A DNA stretch of 51,339 nt. Origin: a virus (taxonomy: Duplodnaviria; Caudoviricetes). A program made the translations under genes and the position numbers. The stretch is taken from positions 1-51,339 of IMG/VR virus record IMGVR_UViG_3300021197_000064. The stretch is one strand, 5' to 3'. Below the pieces are notes generated by a model, which was given only the letters and a program-made list of their open reading frames with translations, did no database searches and was not told the DNA's origin. Positions 35,063 through 45,100 of the stretch are shown piece by piece; the stretch's first letter is position 1; every line of letters begins with the position of its first letter.

Positions 35063-35929
35063 ATGGAACTTACAACTATCAATACCGCTAACTATGCGGA
35101 AATGGCTAAAGCTATGGGCATCGCCCATGAAGGAATTGGTGAGCGTAAACAGGCAAGCACCCTTGCACGTCTGCGTATCAATCACTCACCTATTATCGGT
35201 ACGGAAAAGGTACTGGTTAAAGGTGGAACCTATAAGCTGGAGATACCAGACGGTCCTACCTACTACGCTGAATCTGTAAAGATTCGCCCGTATGTACAAC
35301 GCTTCATGTATAAGCGTTTTATTCGTGGTGATGCAGGTTCATCTAACCGCTACGTTAAGACTGTCATGGCTGATAATCTTAACATCGACTTGAAAGACAA
35401 CGATGGTGGATTCAATTGTGGTAAACCTGCTGGTTTTATCAAGGATTGGAACTCTGTTCCTGATAAGATGAAGGAACTCATTAAGTCTATCAAGCGTGTG
35501 CGTGTAGTGCTTGGCATGGTTGAACTTGTCAACGCAACAGATGAGCATGGGGAGTCTGTCGATGTAGACGACACAGCATTCATCTGGGAAGTTGAGAACC
35601 GTGATGCATTCAAGATTGTTGGTGAGGTCTTTACTCGCTTGGCAAAGATGAAGCGTCTGCCTGTGCAGCATATCATCACAGCTACATCAGAGGAGCGTAA
35701 GATTCCTACAGGTGCTGTGTTCTATCTGCCAACAGTAAGCCTTGATACTACCGTTAGCCTTGACCTCACTGAGAAAGAGCAGACTATGTTTGCTGACTTC
35801 ATGCAGTGGGTACAGAACTACAACGAGTATATCATCAATGCGTATGCAGAGAAGGCTAACCATATCGAAGATGATATGGAAGTTGATCTGGATTCGATTA
35901 TGGATATCGAAGTAGAAGAGGTAGCGTAA
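35063..35929 (+). CDS. Putative single-stranded DNA-binding protein
   Basis: Position after polA, strong RBS, acidic C-terminal tail. Confidence 0.55.
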   Translation: MELTTINTANYAEMAKAMGIAHEGIGERKQASTLARLRINHSPIIGTEKVLVKGGTYKLEIPDGPTYYAESVKIRPYVQRFMYKRFIRGDAGSSNRYVKTVMADNLNIDLKDNDGGFNCGKPAGFIKDWNSVPDKMKELIKSIKRVRVVLGMVELVNATDEHGESVDVDDTAFIWEVENRDAFKIVGEVFTRLAKMKRLPVQHIITATSEERKIPTGAVFYLPTVSLDTTVSLDLTEKEQTMFADFMQWVQNYNEYIINAYAEKANHIEDDMEVDLDSIMDIEVEEVA

Positions 35930-36789
35930 TGAACCATCCTGCTGAACTGGCGTTGCACCAGTACATGACTAATGCTGCTAATGGTAATTCCACCATGTCG
36001 GAAGAGACAGTTCTTCAAGTAGCTAATGATGTTGCTGACGCATTAAAACGCCAGTTTGGTGGGGGCAATAAGCGTGACGAGTTTAGGCTACGCATGTCAA
36101 ATGTGGGTAGGCCAACTTGTCAACTCTGGTTCCAGAAGAATCAGCCAGAGAAAGCGTTGCCCTTACCGACTACATTCGTAATGAACATGATGCTAGGTGA
36201 TATCGTAGAGGCTGTGTTCAAAGGACTATTGAAAGAAGCTGGAGTAGATTATGAAGACAATAAGGAAGTTACTCTTGAAGTTGATGATGATACATCCATT
36301 AACGGCACATATGATATTGTTATTGATGGTGCTGTTGATGATATCAAGTCAGCTTCTAGCTGGTCCTATCGAAACAAGTTCGACAGCTATGACACGTTAG
36401 CTAGTCACGATAGCTTTGGGTATGTGGGTCAGCTTGCTGGCTACGCCAAGGCATCAGGCAAACGTGCTGGTGGATGGTGGGTAGTAAACAAAGCCAACGG
36501 TGAGTTTAAATATGTACCAGCCACAAACCTTGACTTGGATGAAGAGATAACCAAGATTAAGGATACAGCACAGACTGTAAAAGATAACACGTTCAAGCGT
36601 TGCTTTGATGCAGTGCCTGAAAAGTTTAGAGGTAAGGAGACAGGCAATACAGTGCTTAATGAGAACTGTATCTTCTGTTCCTATCGCTTTACGTGTTGGC
36701 CTACATTGACAGAACGTCCAGCGGTAAAGTCACAGGCTAAAGAACCTAAGATGGTTCCATACATAAGTATGGCAGAAGAATATGCCTAA
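35929..36789 (+). CDS. Cas4-like PD-(D/E)xK exonuclease
   Basis: RMSNVGRPTCQLW, GTYD...DIKS, QLAGY, CIFCSYRFTCW. Confidence 0.8.
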   Translation: MNHPAELALHQYMTNAANGNSTMSEETVLQVANDVADALKRQFGGGNKRDEFRLRMSNVGRPTCQLWFQKNQPEKALPLPTTFVMNMMLGDIVEAVFKGLLKEAGVDYEDNKEVTLEVDDDTSINGTYDIVIDGAVDDIKSASSWSYRNKFDSYDTLASHDSFGYVGQLAGYAKASGKRAGGWWVVNKANGEFKYVPATNLDLDEEITKIKDTAQTVKDNTFKRCFDAVPEKFRGKETGNTVLNENCIFCSYRFTCWPTLTERPAVKSQAKEPKMVPYISMAEEYA

Positions 36790-37237
36790 CGCAAAACAAT
36801 TTAGAGCAGCACGTAAGTACGGCTATCGTAGTGGGCTTGAGTTAAAACTAGCAGAGTACCTAAAGGAACTCTCTATCAAGTATGACTATGAGTGTGTAAA
36901 GATAGAATGGGAAGACCTAGCCTATCGTACATACACGCCAGATTTCGTGCTGTTCAACGGCATCATTATAGAAACAAAAGGTATGTTTACTGCAGCAGAT
37001 AGACGTAAGCATCTTGCAATTAAGAAACAACACCCTAAGTTAGACATACGCTTTGTGTTTGAGAATAGTAGACGTAAGCTACGCAAAGGTGCTAAGTCTT
37101 CTTATGCAGAGTGGTGTATAAGATACGGGTTTCTTTACTATGACAGGATCATACCAGAGGATTGGCTAAAAGAGAAGGGTAAGAATAGGCACAGAAAGTT
37201 TATCAAATTCACAGGAAGTAAAGTAAAAAGGAGATGA
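36782..37237 (+). CDS. Endonuclease I (T7 gp3-like Holliday junction resolvase)
   Basis: YRSGLE, YTPDF.L.NGIIIETKG, LDIRFVF. Confidence 0.92.
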   Translation: MPNAKQFRAARKYGYRSGLELKLAEYLKELSIKYDYECVKIEWEDLAYRTYTPDFVLFNGIIIETKGMFTAADRRKHLAIKKQHPKLDIRFVFENSRRKLRKGAKSSYAEWCIRYGFLYYDRIIPEDWLKEKGKNRHRKFIKFTGSKVKRR

Positions 37238-37620
37238 GTATGCACAATGATGAGGAGTACTACAACGATGAAGACTACGTGATAAGAATACGCCCCGGCT
37301 GTGACATGCAAGCAAATGCAAATGGGCGTAAGGAAGCTGTGTGGACGGGGGAGATTGATATATCTATTATAACAGGTCCAGATAATCCATTAGACGATGA
37401 GTCTTACTCGCAGGTTATGCACTTTGTACGTATGATGTGTGCTACCGTTCCTTTAATGGAGAGCAACAAAGAACTACGTAATTTAGTGCATGAGTTTGTA
37501 ATGGAAGAACTTGACTTAGAAGATGAAGAAGAATATGATGAGCCTTCTGTCGTTGTTAAACAAGAAGATGGCAACGTAGTACGGTTACAGTTTTCATCAA
37601 AGACTAAAGGGAGTGCATAA
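37234..37620 (+). CDS. Acidic hypothetical protein
   Basis: 128 aa, coupled to neighbours. Confidence 0.65.
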   Translation: MSMHNDEEYYNDEDYVIRIRPGCDMQANANGRKEAVWTGEIDISIITGPDNPLDDESYSQVMHFVRMMCATVPLMESNKELRNLVHEFVMEELDLEDEEEYDEPSVVVKQEDGNVVRLQFSSKTKGSA

Positions 37621-37621
37621 T

Positions 37622-37927
37622 ATGAGACATGAAGAGTATATGAGACAGGCAATGAGGCAAAGTGATGTTGACAACATAGAAGATTATCCACCTTCTGTTG
37701 ACAAAGACATGGTGAATAGTCCATCACATTATAATCAGTCAGGCATTGAGTGCATTGCTGCCATCCAAGCTGCACTTGGTCCTAACTTTAAATACTATTT
37801 GCAAGGCAACATTATGAAATACTTATGGCGGTTTGACTACAAAGGCAGACCACTTGAGGATTTGGAGAAAGCTAAATGGTATTTAAATTCGCTACTAGAA
37901 GACGTGGCAGCGAGTGATGAGAGTTAA
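37622..37927 (+). CDS. DUF3310 (T7 gp1.7-like nucleotide kinase)
   Basis: DMVNSPSHY...IECI.AI...GNIMKYLWR...EDLEKAKWYL. Confidence 0.85.
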   Translation: MRHEEYMRQAMRQSDVDNIEDYPPSVDKDMVNSPSHYNQSGIECIAAIQAALGPNFKYYLQGNIMKYLWRFDYKGRPLEDLEKAKWYLNSLLEDVAASDES

Positions 37928-38075
37928 AGTATTTATTACTCTCGACATTGACGAGGAAGAATACCCCATACCTGCGGATGGGCAGGTTGGGGAAGAAATA
38001 GAGGATGGCATACGTGAATACATCTATGATGTAGACGGTGCTGACATTAGAACAATAAGAACTATAACGGAGTGA
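37917..38075 (+). CDS. Small acidic protein (52 aa, not in ORF track)
   Basis: MRVKVFITLDIDEEEYPIPADGQVGEEIED...; fills the gap before the RNR gene. Confidence 0.6.
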   Translation: MRVKVFITLDIDEEEYPIPADGQVGEEIEDGIREYIYDVDGADIRTIRTITE

Positions 38076-38080
38076 TGGAT

Positions 38081-40021
38081 ATGAACAATTACCTACCAAC
38101 AGACTACCAAAACTTCATTGCGCTATCACGGTATGCCCGATGGAAAGAAGATGAACAACGCCGTGAGACATGGGGCGAGACAGTAGAACGATACTTTGAC
38201 TACATGAAGAACCATCTGTATAGCACGTGCAGATATGTAATGCCTGATGATTTAAGAGGCGAACTAGAGCAAGCTGTATTGAATCAAGACATCATGCCCA
38301 GCATGAGAGCATTGATGACTGCTGGCCCTGCGCTAGACCGCTGCCACGTGGGTGCATATAACTGTTCCTACGTGCCTATAGACAGCCCTAGAGCCTTTGA
38401 TGAGACTATGTATATACTTATGTGTGGCACAGGCGTAGGCTTCTCTGTAGAGCGTGAGAACGTGGACAAGCTGCCTATAGTTAATGAGGTGATGCATGAC
38501 ACAGATACAGTAATAAAGGTAGGTGATAGCCGCCCCGGTTGGTCAAAGTCTCTGCGTGAACTTATCTCTCTGTTATATGCTGGTCAGATACCAAAGTGGG
38601 ATGTATCCGATGTACGTCCTGCAGGTGCAAGGCTCAAGACATTTGGTGGTCGTGCCAGTGGCCCAGCACCACTAGAAGAGTTATTCCAGTTTGTTATTGA
38701 CAAGTTCAAGGCAGCTACTGGTCGCAGACTATGGCCCGTTGAGTGTCACGATATCATGTGCAAGATTGGTGAGGTTGTAGTTGTTGGTGGTGTACGCCGT
38801 TCTGCTCTTATTAGTCTGTCTAATCTTGGTGATGACCAGATGGCACATGCCAAGTCAGGTCAGTGGTGGGATACAGAACCACAACGTGCGTTAGCTAACA
38901 ACTCTGTAGCCTACAAAGGCAAGCCAGAGATGGGTACATTCATGCGTGAGTGGGTAGCACTGTATGAATCTAAGTCAGGGGAGCGTGGTATCTTCAATCG
39001 TGAAGCAGCAAAGGTACAGGCAGCTAAGAATGGTAGACGTGAGATAGAACATAGTTTCGGGTGCAACCCCTGCAGTGAAATTATATTGCGTCCATATCAG
39101 TTCTGTAATCTGTCGGAGGTAGTAGCACGTGCCAGTGACACGCAGCAGACGCTACGTGAGAAGGTACGCCTTGCTACAATCTTAGGCACGTTCCAATCCA
39201 CACTAACTGACTTCAAATACCTGCGTAATGTATGGAAGAAGAATACAGAGGAAGAGCGTTTGCTTGGTGTATCACTTACAGGCATCATGGACAACGACTT
39301 GCTTAGTGGTACATCAGCCCATCTTGGCAAGAACATTGGGCAAACACTGGAGACATTGCGTGATACAGCAGTAGAGACTAACGCTGCTATGGCTGAACAG
39401 CTTGGTATTCCACAGTCAACAGCCATTACATGCGTCAAGCCTAGTGGTACAGTGTCACAGCTTGTAGATAGTGCCAGTGGCATACATGCGAGGCATAATC
39501 CACACTACATTCGTACTGTACGTGGAGATAACAAAGACCCACTTACACAGTTCCTTATGTCAGAAGGTATACCAGCAGAGCCAGATGTTATGAAGCCAGA
39601 GTCCACTACAGTGTTCAGTTTTCCAATGGCATCACCACGTGGGGCTGTTACACGCACAATCCTGTCGGCTATTGAACAGCTTGAGTTGTGGCTTACCTAC
39701 CAGCGTTATTGGTGCGAACACAAACCGTCAGTGACAATCTCTGTCAAAGAGAATGAGTGGATGGATGTAGGTGCATGGGTGTACAAACACTTTGATGAAG
39801 TGTCAGGCATCAGTTTCTTACCATTCAGTGACCACACGTATAAGCAAGCACCATATCAGGACTGTACAGAAGATGAATATGATGCTATGATAATACAGAT
39901 GCCTAGAAGTGTTGATTGGGCAAAGCTACAGGAGTTTGAGAAAGAAGACATGACAACAGGAGGACGTGAGTTGGCATGTACAGCAGATGCTTGTGAGGTA
40001 GTGGACTTGAATGCAGCATGA
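38081..40021 (+). CDS. nrdJ: Class II (B12-dependent) ribonucleotide reductase
   Basis: PSMRAL, NCSY, VGGVRRSA, NPCSEI, TCVKPSGT, C-terminal CTADAC; no NrdB in the window. Confidence 0.9.
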   Translation: MNNYLPTDYQNFIALSRYARWKEDEQRRETWGETVERYFDYMKNHLYSTCRYVMPDDLRGELEQAVLNQDIMPSMRALMTAGPALDRCHVGAYNCSYVPIDSPRAFDETMYILMCGTGVGFSVERENVDKLPIVNEVMHDTDTVIKVGDSRPGWSKSLRELISLLYAGQIPKWDVSDVRPAGARLKTFGGRASGPAPLEELFQFVIDKFKAATGRRLWPVECHDIMCKIGEVVVVGGVRRSALISLSNLGDDQMAHAKSGQWWDTEPQRALANNSVAYKGKPEMGTFMREWVALYESKSGERGIFNREAAKVQAAKNGRREIEHSFGCNPCSEIILRPYQFCNLSEVVARASDTQQTLREKVRLATILGTFQSTLTDFKYLRNVWKKNTEEERLLGVSLTGIMDNDLLSGTSAHLGKNIGQTLETLRDTAVETNAAMAEQLGIPQSTAITCVKPSGTVSQLVDSASGIHARHNPHYIRTVRGDNKDPLTQFLMSEGIPAEPDVMKPESTTVFSFPMASPRGAVTRTILSAIEQLELWLTYQRYWCEHKPSVTISVKENEWMDVGAWVYKHFDEVSGISFLPFSDHTYKQAPYQDCTEDEYDAMIIQMPRSVDWAKLQEFEKEDMTTGGRELACTADACEVVDLNAA

Positions 40022-40155
40022 TTGAAGGAGTGGACATGCCTACATGGTGGCAGTGGTGGCTGATACTAGCTATCACTGTCAACACCACAATCAATTTGAT
40101 TGTATTCTTCAAGCATAGGTTTAGAAAAAGGAGTGATAATGGTAAGAAAAATTGA
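40018..40155 (+). CDS. Small membrane protein (45 aa, not in ORF track)
   Basis: MPTWWQWWLILAITVNTTINLIVFFKHRF; ATGA overlap. Confidence 0.5.
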   Translation: MIEGVDMPTWWQWWLILAITVNTTINLIVFFKHRFRKRSDNGKKN

Positions 40156-40372
40156 AGTACTAAAAGTAGTAGAACATGAAAATGGTTCAGCTACTGTTGT
40201 GTTTGATTGTGATGATGAATCGAGAAAGGCACTAATTAATGAAGGCTTATTATCATTAATCACAAAAGCAGTAGACAAAAACAATGAAGAGTATGATTGG
40301 CATACGGAAGGAAAGGAGTTGACAGATGAGAGAGATGATGATACAAACACTAAAGCAACACGCAAAGGCTAA
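40139..40372 (+). CDS. Hypothetical protein
   Basis: AGGAG RBS; VEHENGSATVVFD. Confidence 0.6.
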   Translation: MVRKIEVLKVVEHENGSATVVFDCDDESRKALINEGLLSLITKAVDKNNEEYDWHTEGKELTDERDDDTNTKATRKG

Positions 40373-40529
40373 TAGCCAGTTGCATTGTATGAATATTGAG
40401 GTCTATCTTAAAAATCCAGCAGGTATAGGAGAGCATTCAGACATCATGGAAGCCATACAAGCAGAGTTAGACAAGATGGCTATGTATGAAGACAGACTAG
40501 ATATTTTGGACAACTACTTTAATGAGTAA
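40326..40529 (+). CDS. Hypothetical phage protein
   Basis: NIEVYLKNPAGIGEHSDIMEAI. Confidence 0.7.
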   Translation: MREMMIQTLKQHAKANSQLHCMNIEVYLKNPAGIGEHSDIMEAIQAELDKMAMYEDRLDILDNYFNE

Positions 40530-40647
40530 GTTGGTGTGGAAACGGGGAGAGGATTGGTTGATAGCTAATCCACCCCGCAAGTCTGAACAGTACAAAGAGT
40601 GGCTAAAAGAAAAGGAGAAGCACGATGACAAAAAAGAAAACAAGTGA
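40522..40647 (+). CDS. Small hypothetical protein (41 aa, not in ORF track)
   Basis: MSKLVWKRGEDWLIANPPRKSEQYKEW...; fills the gap. Confidence 0.45.
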   Translation: MSKLVWKRGEDWLIANPPRKSEQYKEWLKEKEKHDDKKENK

Positions 40648-40843
40648 GGACAAGCAGGTAGTTAATATTGACGGTGAAGACTACGCCTTTGATGATTTGA
40701 CTGACCTGCAAAAGTATATGCTGGAACAAGTAGTAGATTTAAAAGGCAGAATAAGAACTGCCCGACTACACTTAGATCAGCTTAAAGTTGCCAGCGCAGA
40801 GTTTGGCAGGAACCTTTCTGAGTCTGTAAAAAAGGGAGAGTAA
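40625..40843 (+). CDS. Small coiled-coil protein
   Basis: VNIDGEDYAFDDLTD..K; AAGGAG RBS. Confidence 0.65.
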   Translation: MTKKKTSEDKQVVNIDGEDYAFDDLTDLQKYMLEQVVDLKGRIRTARLHLDQLKVASAEFGRNLSESVKKGE

Positions 40844-40845
40844 CT

Positions 40846-41388
40846 ATGTTCGTAGATAGTCTTAAACCAAACTACACAAAAGAAGAGGCTGTGTTTGAGG
40901 ACGGAGAATGGTGGTATATACAACCGGGAGACGGTACTCGTAGACGTATTGCATCTCACGCACGTAAAAATACTACTCGCATGTTTGTTAATGGTAAGTA
41001 CGTGCCTAAGTCAGACCCCTTGCACAAACCGGGCAACTGGAAAACATGGACACACGTACACTCTCTTGAGAAGTTAGAGAGTACAGATTCAGGAGTAGCT
41101 GGATACGTTTATGTAATAGTAAATGAGGCTTGGCCTGAGTGGGTAAAGATTGGCTGCGCTAAAGATGCTGATGATCGTCTGAATAGCTATCAAACCTACT
41201 CACCATTTCGTGATTACTCTATTGTTGCCCGAATCAAAACAGACAACAGGCACATGGAAGAAAAAGAAATGCACAAAGCCTTTACTCACTTTGCAAAGGA
41301 GCGAAAGAACGAGTGGTTTAAGATTGATAGAGTAACAGCGATCAAGATATTTAACTACAAGCTGAAGGAGAAAGAGGATGCGGCGTAA
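40846..41388 (+). CDS. GIY-YIG-superfamily (T5orf172-like) domain protein
   Basis: GYVYVIVNEAWPEWVKIG...RLNSYQTYSPFRDY...EWF. Confidence 0.75.
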   Translation: MFVDSLKPNYTKEEAVFEDGEWWYIQPGDGTRRRIASHARKNTTRMFVNGKYVPKSDPLHKPGNWKTWTHVHSLEKLESTDSGVAGYVYVIVNEAWPEWVKIGCAKDADDRLNSYQTYSPFRDYSIVARIKTDNRHMEEKEMHKAFTHFAKERKNEWFKIDRVTAIKIFNYKLKEKEDAA

Positions 41389-41617
41389 CGGCCTAAGTAA
41401 ATACGATGCCCCACTTAGAGTACAATACGAGTGGGGCTATCAAGACTTCTTTAATTGGGGAGAGTCTGTTGAGAGTGATAGGATAAAGCCCAAGGTAGAA
41501 AGGAAGCTGCACCATAACACAATGCAGTTTCGTGAGTGGCAGAGAGGATGGAATGATGCTTACTATGCCAACCTAAAGAGAGTGCAACGCAATGAACAAG
41601 CTAGAGCAAGAAGCTAA
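41378..41617 (+). CDS. Small protein with RMF-like motif
   Basis: YEWGYQDF...REWQRGWNDAY. Confidence 0.5.
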   Translation: MRRNGLSKYDAPLRVQYEWGYQDFFNWGESVESDRIKPKVERKLHHNTMQFREWQRGWNDAYYANLKRVQRNEQARARS

Positions 41618-41978
41618 AGATTGGATGAAGGAGAAATATATGTATGGTATTACAGCTAAAGCGTACCAGATAGCAGCGTGTGAAACTGCCATCTTCCCAA
41701 AGGAAAAGGCCACAGAGTATTTGACTCTGGGCCTGACGGGTGAAGCAGGGGAAATTGCTAACAAGGTTAAGAAGTTTATTCGTGACGGCGCACCACCAGA
41801 CGAGTATGAAGCCAAGAAGATAGAGATTGGCTACGAGATTGGTGATGTTATGTGGTACTGTGCTGTATTAGCAGAAGAAATGGGGATGGACCTTGGACAT
41901 ATCATGGAGAACAATCTACAGAAATTGGCTGACCGCAAGGCTAGGGGTACTCTGTCTGGCTCTGGTGACAATCGTTAA
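41592..41978 (+). CDS. mazG: MazG-like nucleotide pyrophosphohydrolase
   Basis: GLTGEAGEIANKVKK..RD...EIGDVMWY...N..KL.DR. Confidence 0.9.
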   Translation: MNKLEQEAKDWMKEKYMYGITAKAYQIAACETAIFPKEKATEYLTLGLTGEAGEIANKVKKFIRDGAPPDEYEAKKIEIGYEIGDVMWYCAVLAEEMGMDLGHIMENNLQKLADRKARGTLSGSGDNR

Positions 41979-41997
41979 GTATACTATAGGGGGTGCT

Positions 41998-42117
41998 ATG
42001 TGCCTGTGGTTAATTTATATTGTGGGCATGGCACTAACTAATACCATATGTGATTGTGTCAGAGACTTTAACGGTTGGTGGGAGTTAGAATACTGGATAA
42101 AAAAAGAAGGGGCTTAA
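41998..42117 (+). CDS. Possible small membrane protein
   Basis: Hydrophobic peptide between mazG and the terminator; start uncertain. Confidence 0.35.
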   Translation: MCLWLIYIVGMALTNTICDCVRDFNGWWELEYWIKKEGA

Positions 42118-42130
42118 TTGCCCCTTTTTT
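42099..42130. terminator. Bidirectional rho-independent terminator between the two genome arms
   Basis: A-run, AAGGGGC-TTAATT-GCCCCTT, T-run; convergent genes on both sides. Confidence 0.85.
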
Positions 42131-45100
42131 ATTGTTTAGCCTCTGCGTTAGCTATCCGTATCGCCAATCTAAGATGGTTTACTTCTGGCTCTAGTTCCTG
42201 CATCTCCATTACACTTCTACCTCCATAATCAGGATGTTGACGGTAGTAGTCATCAGCAAGTCTACGTTTTAGCTTTGATAGCTTTGTATATTGTGCTTTA
42301 TCAAATGCCGTAAACGGTTTATTAAATTTAGAGGCATCATTCTCCGCTTCAACTACAGCTAATCGTTTTGCTCTTGATCTAAATTGTTTAATTGTGTTCG
42401 TTATCTTTGCCTTCTTTTGATTTAGGCTTAACCGTTTGTACTCTGGTGTATTTACAAGTTTGTTTACTTCTTTTTCAAACTCTATACCCATATACTTTTT
42501 TACAAGGGCATCAGCTTCTTTAGCCCCTGTTCCCGGCACAATGGCATAATCTTTAATGCCAAGTCGCACCAACTCCTTTTCACCGTCAGACCTTTCTGCA
42601 ACCTTACGTGGTGTTCCAAACAATTGTGAAGTAAGAGAACTCTGCCTATACAAAGGGTCTTCTCTGGTAGCTGCTTGGAACTCTGGTAAGTCTTTAGACA
42701 AACCGGGAAGTTCTTTTTGTATCGTAGCTGCAAAACCGCTACTAAATCTATCACCAAATCCTATACCGCTAGTTTGTTTAGCATCTCTAACAATAGCAGC
42801 CTCTGTATCATATGCAGCCTGTACATCACGAACTACACGTAGTGGTGTTACAGCCCCACCAAATAGAGTTGCTGTGTATTGACCCATTACTTCAGCGAAT
42901 TTTTCGGATTTAAGAAAATCTGTTTCTCCTGCTACTAAGTCTTCAAATTGGTCAATAACAAAAGAACTAGCACCAGTTCTAAACTGTGCGCCTGTTACAC
43001 CTTCAAAGGTTTCAACTAGATTTACATCAGCAGATATATCAGGCTGCTCAATTGTACCTAGAGTTACATCTTCAGTAACACCTGCTTTAACTATTAAATC
43101 AGCGATAGCAAGGTAAGGAGTGATAGGGAAGTATGGACGTAAATCACCTGTCCTACCATCATCCGTTTTATATTCATACCAGTTAGTGTCTTGATTACTT
43201 GCACGATGATTGATAGCTGCATATAAAGCGGCTGTTCCAACCATGCCCGATGATAGTTCCTTACGTGCTTGGTTAGCTACTTGCTGCGCCTGTGTGGCTT
43301 TCTTGTCTGCCTCTTTTGCTAGTGCTTTAGCCTCTGTACGCAGCTTCCTAGACAGGTTCATATCCCCCGCCTTCTTAGCCTGTTCAGCAGCCTCATCAGC
43401 TAGTTCACCAGCCTTCCTAGCAGTCTCTGAGGCTTTCTGTATAGCCTTCCTAGTGAACACGCTTTTACTGACGCCTGTGACCACGCTGGCAGGGCTGTAC
43501 TGGAATTGAAACTGCAAGGCATTAACCATAAACTTAGCAAATGGAAACGCTGCTGTACCAATAGGAGCAGGTATTGGTCCTAGTCTTTCATTAAACTTTA
43601 AGAAAGCGTAGGCAAGAGAATCACCCGGCTTGCCACCAGACTCTTTAGGTATTCTTGCAAAGGTAAATGCCAGAGACTCTTCAACCGCATTCTCCAATAC
43701 TTTTGGTGGCAGCACTTTACCTGATGCCACAAACTCTTCCATACTTTTAAACTGACCTACCTTAGTAGGGTTGTCTACAATAAGACCAGAACGGCGTAGC
43801 TGTTTATCAATTGTATCTACAAAGATAGCCCGTCTAAAGAATAAATCTTGCCCTATGTTAAGACCATTAAGAAACCGTGTGGCTTTTGACAACTCTTTGT
43901 CAGGTGCTAGTTCGTTTAACGATCTGTTCATATTAGCAAGAAGCCTTGGGTTATGCTGCAGCAAAGCGTCAGATATCTCTGCTGTTTCGTTAGCATCTGC
44001 CATCTTACCTAAAGCACCAAAGCCATCACGTACAGCCTCACGCAAACTAAACTTAGGTGGAGACAATGATGTTGTGCCATTTAGTGAGGCATCTACTTGC
44101 CTTCCCATTTGATATATTACAGATTCTAAAGTTCCTGCAAGGCCATCCATACCCAGCCTAGTCACGGCACTATATACGTTACGCATTGTAGTTGATATCT
44201 GCGTGACCATTAATGCTCTACGCTCACGGTCTAGCTTCCTACCAAATTCTATTGCCTTGCCCATAGGGCCAACTATCCCGTCAGGATCATCAAATACTTT
44301 TAGCTGCTGTTGAAACTCTGGATCAATCTCAAAGAATGCCTTTAGAACTTTACCTGTTTGACTTCCTGATTGTAATATCTTAGCTGCTTCACTAGCTGAT
44401 GCGCCAAACGCATTTCTAAACTGCTCAATGGATAAGCCCTGCTTAGATATAGCTTGCTCAAGACTGTTAATTAACTCCTCGTTGGTAGTTCCTTCAGGCA
44501 AGAAGTCTAACAGATTTTCGCCGCCTTCTATATCATCTAGCATCTTTCTAGTTTGTTCAATAGCATCCCCTGCTTTGCCACCTTTTTGTGCAGCAGTAGC
44601 AAGATTGTCTGACAATACTTTAGTCATAACCTCAAAGGCTTTTGTATCTGCGTTAGCTATCTTACCAAGATCGCCTGTTTCAGCCATGTCACGAACAATG
44701 TCTGTTAACACACCGCCTACACGTTTCATTACTTCTGAATTGTAGGCACGAGCCTGATCTTCACTAGCACCTTCAGCTAAGTCATCAAGAACTTTACGGC
44801 CCTGTGTTAAGTCAATAATGCCATTAGCTAGATCACTACCGGGAACTAGAGTTGCACTATCGCTACGCTGTGCAGCTTCTTGTGCCGCAAGGTCTTTGTT
44901 TCTAGCAACAAGTCCATCTGCAATCTTTTGTTTTTTGTCAAATGTATCTTGTACATTACGTAGTATTTTGCTACCGCCTAAACCACCAGACAGTTTAACA
45001 CCTAAAGCACCAGCACCAAGACCAATGCCACCTACTAATGCAGCCCGTCCAAAGTCACGCTCTGTAGGTGTGTCCTCACCATACCTTTGTGATAGCATAT

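Noticed and set aside
32980-40021. Inteins or introns in polA and nrdJ
   Set aside because: Both ORFs are continuous, of normal length, and lack intein terminal motifs.
40846-41388. GIY-YIG-type gene as a mobile homing endonuclease or intron ORF
   Set aside because: Free-standing and coupled to neighbours; flanking genes are uninterrupted and no intron structure is seen.
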